64,000 nt of DNA from Chrysomallon squamiferum (lineage: Eukaryota; Animalia; Mollusca), in NCBI GenBank assembly GCA_012295275.1, contig CM022665.1, positions 6,138,001-6,202,000 of the forward strand, written 5' to 3'. Positions 1-12,221 of the stretch are shown in pieces (the stretch's first letter is position 1; each line of letters opens with the position of its first letter). The translations under genes were made by a program, and so were the position numbers. The notes beneath the pieces were generated by a model. That model did not search any database. It was not told the DNA's origin and saw only the letters and a program-made list of their open reading frames with translations.

Positions 1-2338
1 TAAAAATTCAAGAAATAAAAAATAAACTAAGTGGTTGACATGTAACGCAGTGAAACAAGGTGGTAAGCATTAGTCAAACGTTTTTATCAAATTTACTCAT
101 GAACTGAAATCAGCAAATTAGAATTATACCTTAAAATATAAACCAACAAGCTAAAGAAATAAACTATATATGCATGGATATGTATTTATAATGCAAAAGT
201 TAAAGTTTATTAAAGTTGTGTTTTTCATTTTCCACCCAGAATTGATACGTATCGTAATTTACTACCTGATTATATGTGGTTTTATCGTATAAATCAGAGT
301 GAACATCAACAGCATCAACGACACACCTAACACTACCACAAGTAAATAATAATAATATTAAGTTAATCAATACTCTGATATTCCATATCAACTAACAATA
401 AACTATTAAAATGTATATTTCTTCTTTTTTCTTTTATGTCTATATATATATATATATGTATTTTTTATTTTATTTAATTTTAATTATTTAATTTTTAATT
501 TAATTTAATTTATTTTATTTTAATTTGGTTGTTTGTTGTCTTTTATCGTTTGTTTTTGTTTTTTTAGGGGGTTGTGTTTTTTGTTTGTTGTTGATGAGGG
601 GTTATAAAACGAGAAATTTGAAATGTACCTGTAGAGGTACGTATGAATGAGTTAATAATATTCCAAGTTATTATTTTATTGTTTTGAGCGGGTTACGTTT
701 GAACACCAAGATTCGTGACGCAACAGGGTAGACTTGGCTGTCTGACATTGGACTATTTCTTCGCATCACCAAATATTTACTTTAAAGCCATATTGGTGAC
801 AGGGGATTGGTAAGACTGTATGATCCGAGATGGTCGCAGGGGATTAAACAAAACAAAACATGATAGGTTTCCAATACAAATTTATATAAACATTGCTGTC
901 AATAAATATACATCATCCAAAAATTCTGAATAATGATGGTATGATTAAATAAATGGAGTACGTCAAAATGACATTTTTAAAAGTCCTTTCAAACTACCTC
1001 AGTTCTCACTAAGTATCTCTGCGCATATTTCCTTCGTTATTTCACCTACGTTTTTTATTTATATTATTATTTTTTTTTTCAGATGACCAATAACAATATA
1101 ACTCAGTTTAAAATAACAATAAATATTTATTTGTTCTGATCAACGAAAGTAAATAACATCTCTGATAATGGTTAACGGATTAACAGGATCATAATATCGC
1201 ATGTAAAGTTGCTTTATTATTATAATAAAAATATATATAAAATAAATATAATGTTAATAACAGAAATGTCTCAATTATTGGGTATCATGCGTTCTACTTA
1301 ATAAAATTAGTCGGAAACATTAAAAACGTCATAGCATAAAATGATGTTTACAAATCTGAACGGAAGAAAGCGATTTGTGTGACGTCGATCACATCTTACA
1401 TATTTAATTTTATTCCCACTGAAACTATAGCGTGTTATTGCTTTTATTAGTAAAAAATTACATACATACATACATACATATATATAATTAATAAAATAAA
1501 TAAATTAGTCCTATTTGATAAATATTAATGTAGTCAATTTGTTACCTCGTTCATTCAGGTTTCTCGATTTAATTAATTTCAAGCAATTACAGAAATGAAA
1601 AACAATGTTACATGATGTTTTTTTTAATACACGATCTATTATAGGCACATTCAGGAAAATTTAAAACGGTCAGGAAACAATAAGATATATTTCAATTACT
1701 GAAACAAATATATTTTTTATTAATCTCATTAATGTCGACTTGTGATGATGTCTAAATCCGAAAATGCGACATGCAGAATTTTTCAGGTAAGGATGCCTAC
1801 AATACTTCGCATTAGATAACCCAGATGCGAGTCACATTTTCATATTGCTTTTGCGGTGTCATTGAGGTTGCTAAAGTGCCTACACGGTGACCAAAGGTTG
1901 CACGTATTTATACGGATTACTACCTTAAAACTGACGCGAACTAACGATATTGCTAGGAAAGTTTATCAGTAACAGAGCAATTACGCACGCGGATGGCGTT
2001 AACATCACGCTTTTTTTTTTTGTTACGTCATGTGTGTCAGTGTTAATAATATAACATCCATTTCAAAAAAAATGATACTACTAAAGTTTTTTTTGTGTTT
2101 TAAATACTCTTTTTTAATTTATCATAAAGAGCCATAGTAACATCTTTTTTTTTTTAAGAACACAAAGATCTTCTGTAAACAAGACTAAACGTTTTGGATT
2201 TTTGAAATTACATTTTGCTTTAGAATAATATTTGTCAGTGACAGATAAAATTCAAGTACAGATATCTGCAATACTGTTGTTATATATATATATTCTGGTC
2301 TTTTCTGAATTTTTATTCATAATGAGCATGCTTTACAC

Positions 2339-2630
2339 CGGTCAGGGGCATGCGGTCCGCGCGGCTTTCTGAGTGGCCCACCTACTTTCACAAGGAAAAT
2401 CACGTTAATTCAAATTTTATAAAGTAAGTTTATTTTGTATCTACTAATATACTAAAACACATGTAATTTTTTTTTATTATAACAGTTCCTGGAGTAAATG
2501 AACATGAAAAACTTCATAAAATAAACTCTACATAAAAACACAAAAATCGCCTAAATTAGTACCTGCGGCCTGCCTGAGGATGAGCCATGTCTCAAGTGGC
2601 CCGCTTCTCGAAAAAAGTAGCCTATGCCTG
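2339..2630. mobile_element. Non-autonomous hAT-type DNA transposon (MITE), left end decayed
   Basis: Flanked by an exact 8-bp direct repeat CTTTACAC (2331-2338 and 2631-2638), the TSD length typical of hAT elements. The right end ...AAAAGTAGCCTATGCCTG and the GC-rich GCGGCC/GTGGCCC subterminal motifs at both ends resemble hAT MITEs. Confidence 0.7.
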
Positions 2631-3178
2631 CTTTACACACATGCAGATATTAATTTCAGACAAGTGATTTGGCAGTTATTGTGGACACACACACAAACGT
2701 ATTACAAGTTAGGAAAATTTTAACTTTTGGGATTTAAAATGTTTTACATTTCAAATATAAAATTAAAAAACTGAAACAGTTTTCAAAATTAATAATTTAA
2801 GTTAAAACATATATCATGAAGTTCTCCTTTATAACCCGCCCCCCCAAAAAAAACAACAACAACTGCATAACAATAATAGTTAATAAATATACAAGTATGT
2901 GAAAAAAAAGAAAAAAAGATAGGAAATGCATATACAGCATTATAAAATAATAATTTGCAGTAGTGAATCCATAATTTAATAAAATAGTAGGTAATGTCAT
3001 TCTTGTGTATGTAAAATTCACCACAAAATAAATTTCATGAAAAATAAAGTAAAACACTCATTGGCTGCCACTAATGAAAAATTAGTGATGGTCAGCCATT
3101 TGATGTGGTTACATTATTTGTTAAAAAACCTGGTGGTACCACACTGTCCGTAGTACTTTTGTTATTTCTTAAGTAATA

Positions 3179-4582
3179 TTAATTTACTTTTTTAAACTTA
3201 TAACGATTATCTTGAACTGAAGTATCCAGGTATCTGTATCCTATAAGCATTGCCAGCATGGAGATACCTAAAATGTAATAAATACAAAAGTTAATCAAAT
3301 AAAGATTTCAAAGACAGAGAGCAAACTTTTCAACATTTACAACCATATTACTCTAATTACAGTTCACATTTAAAAAAAAATAGATTGAATGCAGAAATGT
3401 TACTTCAGATGCTAAAAATAAACTTTAATCCATATGTATATTTAATTAATTAAGCTTATCATATAAACTATTTGCTGTCTTTGATAAAATTCTGTTTCAA
3501 AATAGTCTAACTGATCATGAATATTCTTTTAAACAAGCGATATAAGAGTTTTGGGTTGATAATAATGTTCAAACACTGTTAATTAAATATACATGATTAG
3601 TAATATTATATATGTTTGTTTTTGTTTTTTATTCTTTATTTTCTTACTTTTTTCAATACAATATGAACTATATTAATATGAAACTGACCTGAGACAACAA
3701 TAGGGGATATCACTCCAAATGATACCTGAGCTGTTCTGTAGTAATAAAGTTCTGACAGGAAATGCCCAAATGCCAAAACGTATGATAGAAAAGTCAGGTT
3801 GTATAAACTAAAATGGAAACTCAGTGCATTATTTTGACATATTTGATGAATCACAATAATTAATTAACCATTTTTAAGTGAATAAATATATAAATAAATT
3901 AATTAATTAATGTGAAAAGGTATTGGTAGAAATAAGTACAAGCATTGATGAATTATTATTTATATCAAATTATTTTATTTATTATCAAATATTTTGTTTA
4001 ATGATGAATAGAAAACTGGTAATTGTATGCATTCCCAGTGCTATTTGCAGTGCCATCTAGTTCCATATAATTGGTTCATCAGAATTGTGGTAAATACTTT
4101 TTTGTTTTTGTTTTACTGAGGTATCAATATGTAATTAATATCAATAATATTATGTCTCACCTTTTGTTATAAATATCAATTGAACAATACAACCTCAGTG
4201 CACCAGCCAACAATGTCCAAACTCCAAAAAGACGTGCAACAAGGGCGCTTACTGAAACCAAATAATACGTTTTTGTTTGATTACAAAAAAAGTGAAAAAG
4301 TTCGGATGGATAAAGCATAACCACAAACTGCACGTTATGTCAATCATAATCGTAACAAATCATAAGATATTTATGCTTAACCTCGAGGTGGTCAATAGTA
4401 TTAAAAATAAAATAAAAAATAAAACTAAATAAATAGCACGCACCTTGCGATGGTTCCTCGGTATACAAACGATTTTTAACAAAGGAATGATCGACAAAAC
4501 ACTGAACCGTATTCCCAAAAGCCATTAATCCAACAAAACCAATCCAAACCCTTAAATAATATATTAATTTTGAGCTGTCCAT
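3179..4582 (-). CDS. ERG28: Ergosterol biosynthesis protein 28 homolog (ER membrane protein), 4 coding exons
   Basis: Exons 4582-4444, 4251-4161, 3807-3689 and 3267-3179 are joined by phase-compatible GT-AG introns. Protein MDSSKLIYYLRVWIGFVGLMAFGNTVQCF...VSALVARLFGVWTLLAGALRLYCSIDIYNKSLYNLTFLSYVLAFGHFLSE...KFKKVN* carries the ARxFGxWT and GHFLSE Erg28 motifs and a C-terminal KKxx ER-retrieval signal. Confidence 0.93.
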
Positions 4583-4599
4583 CTTGTGATATTTATTAT

Positions 4600-4970
4600 T
4601 TTGGCCTGACTAATCGCATATTTACTGGACTTCAAACGGTGGTGTGAGATTTAAGTATTTTACGACTTTCTAAAATTAAAAATACTTTGTAAAGTTTTCC
4701 TATTCTTCTTATTATTATGTAAATGTTAATACATATGATTAGTTACATACATAATAGTATACATTTTTGCATACGCGAATTTGATAATGTCGTAAACGCT
4801 ACCGGAAGTGTCTACGAATTGCGTTAACAACATGTAAACAAATGAAACTAATAAAAAAATTATTGATTAAAAAAATATTTATATATACACATATATACAT
4901 ATATTTGTAAAAAAAACAAAAAACATGATAATTATTATCCCAGTAACCTACAAATTTCATTTTTCAGTTG
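4600..4970. promoter_or_regulatory. Putative bidirectional promoter between ERG28 and vasohibin
   Basis: Head-to-head start codons are about 670 bp apart, CpG is locally retained, and a perfect ETS/GABP site ACCGGAAGTG lies at 4801-4810. Confidence 0.55.
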
Positions 4971-5253
4971 TCTGTTAACGGAATAACTGAAACATAAATA
5001 TAGGCTCTACACGAGTCTTACAATCTGACATGAAAATGTTATGTTGATATAATTATTATAATAATTTAATATTATTAAGCACAGATTTATTTATTAAGTC
5101 ATTACCATAACGTCGGTAGCTGATGTTTCATAGTTAGCTATGCTAATGTAACAGTAAAAATACGTATACCTTAACCTTAGAAAACGTACTTCGATTTTGT
5201 ACAATTTAATGTAATATATGCAACCACTGGTAATATATAAAAAGTATCCATAA

Positions 5254-8200
5254 ATGTACCAAGCCTTCAAAAGAACACAGAACAGTAAAAAAAAGAATAA
5301 AAACAAAAGGCCAAATAAAATTATGAAGACTTCTTCTTCTGCTAAAACTGAAATGGCAGATGAGGAAGAAACCAATGAAGAAGATGGTGTTCTGTTTTGG
5401 GTAAACAAAAATGGCTTTCCCATTGATGAAAAAACCTGGCAAAGAATGTGGAGTCATGCATCAAAAATTCATCCAGAAGGAAACAGTTTATCTCAAAATA
5501 TAAGAAAAAAGGATTTGCCACAGGTATTCAGTAAAATTTATTTTATATTTATGTGAAAAAGAGGGAAAAGTGAATACTGTTTTCAATTTTCTGTTTGGTG
5601 GACAGAGTAAAATGATGAAAACTATAATAATAATAATAACAATAATAATAATAATAATAACAACAAACCTAATAATAATTTCTGATCTTGATTTTTGTTA
5701 GTATTGAATGTTTATTGTTTTAGCTGTTCTTTTAAAAAAAAATACAAATCATGTTAAGTCTATATGTAAATAGATAAATATCTTTTCTAGAATTCAGAAT
5801 ACTAATAACATACTTAATACTGTATACTTATCATCTAGTGTTTAATTTAAGCTAGTATCTATTGTATCGTTCTCACCTTGACATATGTTGCATCTAACAG
5901 ACTTCATAGAATGATCTGCAATATTTGAAAGGAAACTGAATTTTTTAGATAGTATTAATGTAAATTTTTGTCATTGACACAGACATTTTCATGCATCTGT
6001 CACATACATATAAAATCATGTTCACATGGGATTGTATATGTAAAGTTAATATAAATCTTTTTTTCTTCCTCGAATTAATAAAAAAAATTTATCTTCAAAA
6101 TGTAGGTTAATAGTTTAAAATTTTCATGAAGTTAGTTGGACTAGCAACAGAATTTGTTTCTCCACTGATTATTATTGTAGAATTATTTTGATGTTTTGTT
6201 TATATATCTTTCTTTTTCTTTTATTTTATTTTTGTATTTTTTCAGATTGCATTTCCTAACCCACCACTTAATTTTCATCCATCAGTTTCAGTAGCAGACC
6301 GCCTGGAAAAGATTCAAAATTACATGAACACATTACAGTATCCATATTTATTTTTATAATTATTATACATTATTAGTTAATGCTATATCATACTGTATTG
6401 ATTGGGTTTTATAATTTACTTTCAATTCAAAGCCATTTTTCAAAAATATAATTCATCAGTTACAAAATAATATTAAATTCATAATTATTAATATAACAAA
6501 TTTTAAGAACATGTAGTAATGTAAATGAAATTTAATGAAAATTGATTTTCCATTGAAATGAAATTTTAATTCTTTTTACCAAATTAGATATAATCATACT
6601 GGAACACAATTCTTTGAGATCAAGAAAAACAGACCAATTTCTGGGTAAGAAATTCTCTCATATTGCTTATGTGCATTATTATTTATATATATATTCAAAC
6701 CTCTAGTTATTGTTATTATATTAACATAAGATAAATTTCATTTTTATAATTTACTTATAGTTTATGATTTGTTAAATATACAGGCTTTTTTAACAGTCAT
6801 TTTATTAATTAAAATATAATTACTATTCCTGGTTTTTATTCACTGAATTTTTTTGTGATATACATTATCTTTTCAATTTACAAAGGATGTATCTCAGCTG
6901 TTAAGCTTACTCTTGAAGCATGAAAGGCCTCTGGATATATTTTTCTTGGTGTATACATGTGACTATTCAACTTACTAATTATTGCTGAGTTTTTGATTTT
7001 ATTTTAATACCTATTACTTTCCCATAATATACATTTTTTAGGTTAATGGAATGTGCCAAGGATATGATTCGAGAAGCTTTGCCTATCAAATGTTTGGAAG
7101 CTATCATTCTTGGGATGTATCCTTTATCTGACTTAGTATTCTCAAATTATACTGATTAGTTAATTATTACACCAGTTGTTGCTATTAAGTGGCGTATATA
7201 TTAGGAAATATTTAACAGGATAATAAAATAATTATGTATAAAAATTTCCATATCGTGCTGTGAAAAAAAATTTGTAATTTACTTTTGCTTGAAAAAGAAA
7301 TTTGTAATTTATTTTTCTTTGAAAAAGAAATTTGTATAACTTAACACCTTTAGTTTCCTGACTAATGGAATGATGGGAGTGGAAAGATACCCAATCAGTT
7401 TTAAGAGTTCTTTTAATGGATCAATTCACAGACATGTGGTTTTAGGAATTCAGTATGGTGGTAAATATGGTGCTCTTGGTATGAGTAGAAGAGAAGATCT
7501 GATGTACAAACCACTGGTGTACAAGGTCTGTATTATAGGTACATACATACAGACATACATAAACACAAACATGCATGCACGCACACATGAACACATACAC
7601 ATATTCATACACATATGAATATATCTTTAATTAAGTTTCAGCTGAAATAACATACATTTTTTATCTTGAACATTTTACTGGCACTCGTAATTAATACTAA
7701 AGTGAAAATTTAATTTAATTTACTATTTAAATTGTTATTTTCCTTTTCACAAATTTGCTGTTGGTTATTTAATAGAAATATGAACCTCTATTTGCACTTC
7801 TCTTTTTTTTTGAAGTTCACATTATTGTTGTATTATCATACTTTATAATATATTTCAAATTTCAGAGTCTTGCAGAAATTATTTTTGAGTTTCAAAGATC
7901 TTATCATAAATGTGAGTTTCACAAGTAAATTTTACAATGGAACACTTATTATACATTGAGAAGTTTGAAATGTTTTTGGCAGACATTTTCTGATTTTTAA
8001 AACAAAACTGGAATATATTTTTTATTTAGAATTATCAAATAATATTTTTACAACCATTTAAAAAAAAAAAGTGATATTAGTTATGTAGAGTAAGGTTAAA
8101 TACCATAATTATTCAGATATATGCTGAATACCAGAATGAAATACAAATTTAACTGAAAGAAGATAAAATAATTAAATAAGTCAAAGTATGTTATTCTATG

Positions 8201-9659
8201 TTATTTTTCAGTAAATACTTTTACATCAAAATTTATTTTTAACTTAACTGAAATTTATTATTTTATGTTGATCACAGATTTGCATGTCTTAAAAAAGATC
8301 AGGATAGGTTTGCCTGTCTCTCATGATCCTCATAGCTATGAGATGATAGACTGGAAGGTAAGATACATATGTGAATATTCTATTAAAATAGGTCATTACA
8401 TTTTTAAATCAGTTTTTTTATTCTGGATTTGTTTTGATTATAAAAATAATTTTCATTTTAAAATTTTAAGTTTTGAAAAGGTAAGTCATTCAGCAAAACT
8501 CATTTATTTTTTAATTTTTAATTTTTAATTTTATTTAATATTATTAATATAAAATGTGCATGAATATTTATGAATCTCCATATATAAGAATAAAATTTTA
8601 ATACAAAAAATGATTCCACAAAATATATTTCATTTGTAACACTGAAAGTTGTATAAGTGTATCATTGTTCTGTAGTTTTTACCATTGTAACTTTTGTTTC
8701 AGGAGCTGAATCTCAATGTTACTAAGTTAGATAAAAAGGAGATGGCAAGAGAAATAGAACAGCACTCGAGACTAATAAAAGCTAAAGTAAGCAAGTTATC
8801 TTTTTCTTTCTCTGTCTTTCGATTACTGCACATTTTTGTGTTAAACAGTTTGATTCATAGCAGAAATGTTTCCAATATAAATACGTTCCAGTGAACAGAC
8901 ATAATAAAATGAAAATAATTAAATCAAAATTTATTTTCAATTTATTTTCAGGCCAGGTCATGGACAGTCCCTCCAAACAGTCCAAAGAAAATGGCTACGT
9001 CTGTTGACAGCTTTAAAGAAAGCCCTTATATAACAAAACAGATGACATCAACAAGAATTAGTAGATCGTAAATATGATTTCTATTTTTGTTTATTTATTT
9101 GTTTTCTTTTTTCCCTCACACACACATACATACAGATTTTATATAGAATAATAACTAGTTTCTAACCTTAATTCCTAATAAGAACAGGTTATGGGGTTGT
9201 TGTTTTTTTAAAATTAAATTTGATACAATTATGAAAATACAAATTGTACAATTTATGTGGAAAATATGTTGCAAAATTTGGCTGATGTTAATATTTCAAA
9301 AATATTATTGAATCTATAATTCACAGAATATCTAAACAGTAAATGTGTAGTCCAAACTTTTCTTTTTATTATTGGTTTACCAGTTAGATTTATATTTTAT
9401 TTATATCCATGCATCATTTGAAAATGTAATGTTACAGTTATCAGTATTTGTTTATATCACTGTCTGTTTTGTAATTGTCCATGTAAAATTAAATCTGTAT
9501 ACAAAGAAATATTGTCTAACATGTTATAATTATTGTAATCATTGTCGATTTGTTTTCAGGCAAACAGGAATTGTGAATAAATCTGTCGAAAAAGCTGCTG
9601 CAGTCAAACACAAAAACAGTGACCATTCAAGTCCATCGGAATATCAAATTAGAATATGA
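5254..9659 (+). CDS. VASH: Vasohibin (tubulinyl-Tyr carboxypeptidase), 10 coding exons
   Basis: Exons 5254-5523, 6246-6337, 6588-6644, 7042-7116, 7354-7525, 7866-7911, 8278-8357, 8703-8786, 8952-9067, 9560-9659. Motifs: LQYNHTGTQFFEIKK, EALPIKCLEA (catalytic Cys), RHVVLG (His), GALGMSRREDLMYK, SHDPHS and C-terminal YQIRI*. The start could instead be the ATG at 5323 or 5353. Confidence 0.95.
6338..6587 (+). other. U12-like intron (divergent) in vasohibin
   Basis: Donor GTATCCATAT has a mismatch to GTATCCTT at +7. The acceptor ...TCTTTTTACCAAATTAG has only a weak branch-like sequence. Confidence 0.55.
7117..7353 (+). other. U12-type GT-AG intron in vasohibin
   Basis: Donor GTATCCTTT is a perfect match. 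Branch-like TAACTTAAC ends 8 nt before the intron end, and there is no long pyrimidine tract. Confidence 0.85.
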
Positions 9660-12186
9660 AAAACATGTTTCAGCTAATTACTTTCATCTTGCAACAGTCT
9701 GCAATAAGCTAAAAGTGGCATTTGACATTTTTGTAATTAATAATAAGCAGTAAAATGATACTGTAAAGTGTTAAATTATAATTAACACTTCATTTTATGC
9801 TGATGTTGCTGATCTAAGACAGAAAATAATAAAACTGACACTCAGTGCAATATCTAAGAAATATGTAGACACAGTGGATTTTGCAGTTTTAAATAAAAAA
9901 CTAATCATGACAGTTTTATTAAATCTTAAAAATTCATGTAGTGTATTAATAGTAATAATAATATTATTATTATCACAATTCACGTATTTAGTTATGATAA
10001 TAGATGTCAAACAAATTAAAACAGTATGAGTGTATTTTCCAAGAATCATGATAAATTTAATTTAATTTTTATCAGAATAAATTTAATGCACTTGTCTATA
10101 TATTATTTAACCTATACACAATATTTTTTATTCTAAATTATTTGAAAATTTACATTTGTGTATGTCCAACTTTTATTCCTGCATTTTTAAAATAATTTTA
10201 TATAACATGTTTTTAAATATATTTTTTGATTTTTAGTTCCATGAGAAGACTGAATTTTAAGTTCTTACAAAAACAATTGATTTATTTGCCATTATTTTTA
10301 CCAACTCAATAAGTATTTAACTTAGACAATACCTTGATCATCCAAAAAAATCACATTAGTAAAGAAAAACAAAAATTACATTTAATGCTTTCAGAAATAA
10401 TAAAACTATTCAAGCAAATGGTTATGTCAAAATATTATATCTGCAGTTTTTCTGAATATTAAGCCAGTCATACAGGTACTTTTCTTTCATTCTGAAATCT
10501 GTGAAGACTGACTTCTATTGCTACTATATAAACAAAACCCCATTAAAATACAAAAAAAAGTTTACGGGTTAAAGTATATCTATCAAATTGTATTTTTCAC
10601 TTTTATACAGTTTTCAAGCACTCTTCAAACCATTATGTTGTTTTTATCTGCATATGTTTTCTAATATCAAAGACAGAAGACTGTTAAATATATTTGCTTT
10701 TAGTTGCTTTTAAATAATTAATGTCTCAAATACAGCATCTAAACATCTTTTGACACTGTTTTGTTTTGTAGATATTTATGTTATATATTTATAAGCATGC
10801 TGTGATGGTAATATTTTCATTATAATTAAATAAAGGTATTTATTTGGAATGTCTTAGTATTATATAACTTTCTCTTTGTTGTGTTAACAATGATAAATTA
10901 ATAAATAATCTTGTGTCATCTTCAAGTTACCAAAGCATGTAAGAATGTTTACCAAAGGGTAATTTTGGTGATATAAATAAATAGTCAAAAAACATCTGTT
11001 ACTTTTCTTTTATTTATACATATCTATAGGTATGTAGATGTGTTATACATGAATTTAGTCTCATTGCATAACATTTTTCTTGCTTTCTTTCTTTTTTTCT
11101 TTTGTTTAATTTTTCTATTTGAAGCATTTATTTGTCTTTTTCCATCCCTCCAAAAGTATAGACAGATTACATCCATTGGCTGACAATATATATATATACA
11201 TTTTATCATTACTACCAAATCTTTTTTCACATTTTCTTTTCAATTCTTTTTACAAAGTTATTATTTACTTTCTTCTTTTAAATAATTTTTAATCTTTTTT
11301 TTCTTTTCAATTCTTTTCTCCATTGTTTTATTATATATGTTTTTTTCTATATTGATATTTTGTATTTTTGTGGTTACTTTTTTTTTTCCACTTCATTTTT
11401 TTCCCCCCATTGTTATCTAGTCAATTTCTTTCAACAATGACATTTGGTAGTTTTCTTTTAGATTTTTGAATTTTTTTGTTGTCTTTTTATTTTTTCTAAT
11501 TCATACTTTCTTTTTAACAATTATTTAATCATTATATTTCTAGTTTGTGTTTGTTCAACTTTTCTCTGCCTTTATAATTTCTTTATCTCATTATTATCAT
11601 CATTACTACTATAATGTTTTTTTTTGGGGGGGGTGTAATTCTTTTTTTCTTTTTTTTCTGTTTTCTCTTTTTTCTACAATGTGTGTTTATATATTTATTT
11701 TTTATTCTTTCAGTTCCTTCTTTTTTTGTATTATTCAGTTTATCCCATTGTTTTCTTCATTTCTAAAACTATTCTTTTATTCTTATCTTCCACTTTTAAA
11801 ATATTCTTTTTCTTTTTCTGACCTGATTATATTTTCTAAAAATTCTACATTTTGTTTTCATGTTTCTTTTTCCTAGATGTTTATTTATATTTTTTAAATT
11901 ATTGTTTACATTTTTCAGATTTCCTTTTCATTTTACTATTTTTGTTTCTTTTTAATATAAAGTTAAATTAAACATTTTTAAAGCTGATAATTTCTTATAA
12001 ATCTTTTGCAGGTTGTTTCACTGAAACAAACAGTGAATAAACTTACCTATGAATTATGTCCATCTCTGAAATTAAATGTCTTGGTTTATGTCTCTGTTTA
12101 GATAATGTTTACTGAATATATTTTCGTAGTCTTAATTTGTTAAATTGCATTTTTACTTTAACTCTGTATGACAACCATTTTTGCAT

Positions 12187-12221
12187 GGTCTCTTGATGGT
12201 CATAATAGGCAGGTTTGACTA
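12187..12221 (-). mobile_element. Possible Tc1/mariner-pogo MITE terminus fragment
   Basis: The minus strand reads TAGTCAAACCTGCCTATTATGACCATCAAGAGACC, resembling CAGTCAAACCTG...GACCAC-type termini recalled from memory. No clear partner end was found. Confidence 0.3.

Noticed and set aside
5612-5685. C/D-box snoRNA-like arrangement (ATGATGA ... CTGA) in VASH intron 1
   Set aside because: The interior is an (AAT)n microsatellite with no plausible guide sequence and no convincing terminal stem.
5254-11230. Search for a linked SVBP (small vasohibin-binding protein) gene, including ORF 11024-11230
   Set aside because: No ORF resembles SVBP. The lysine-rich ORF reflects the A-rich tract.
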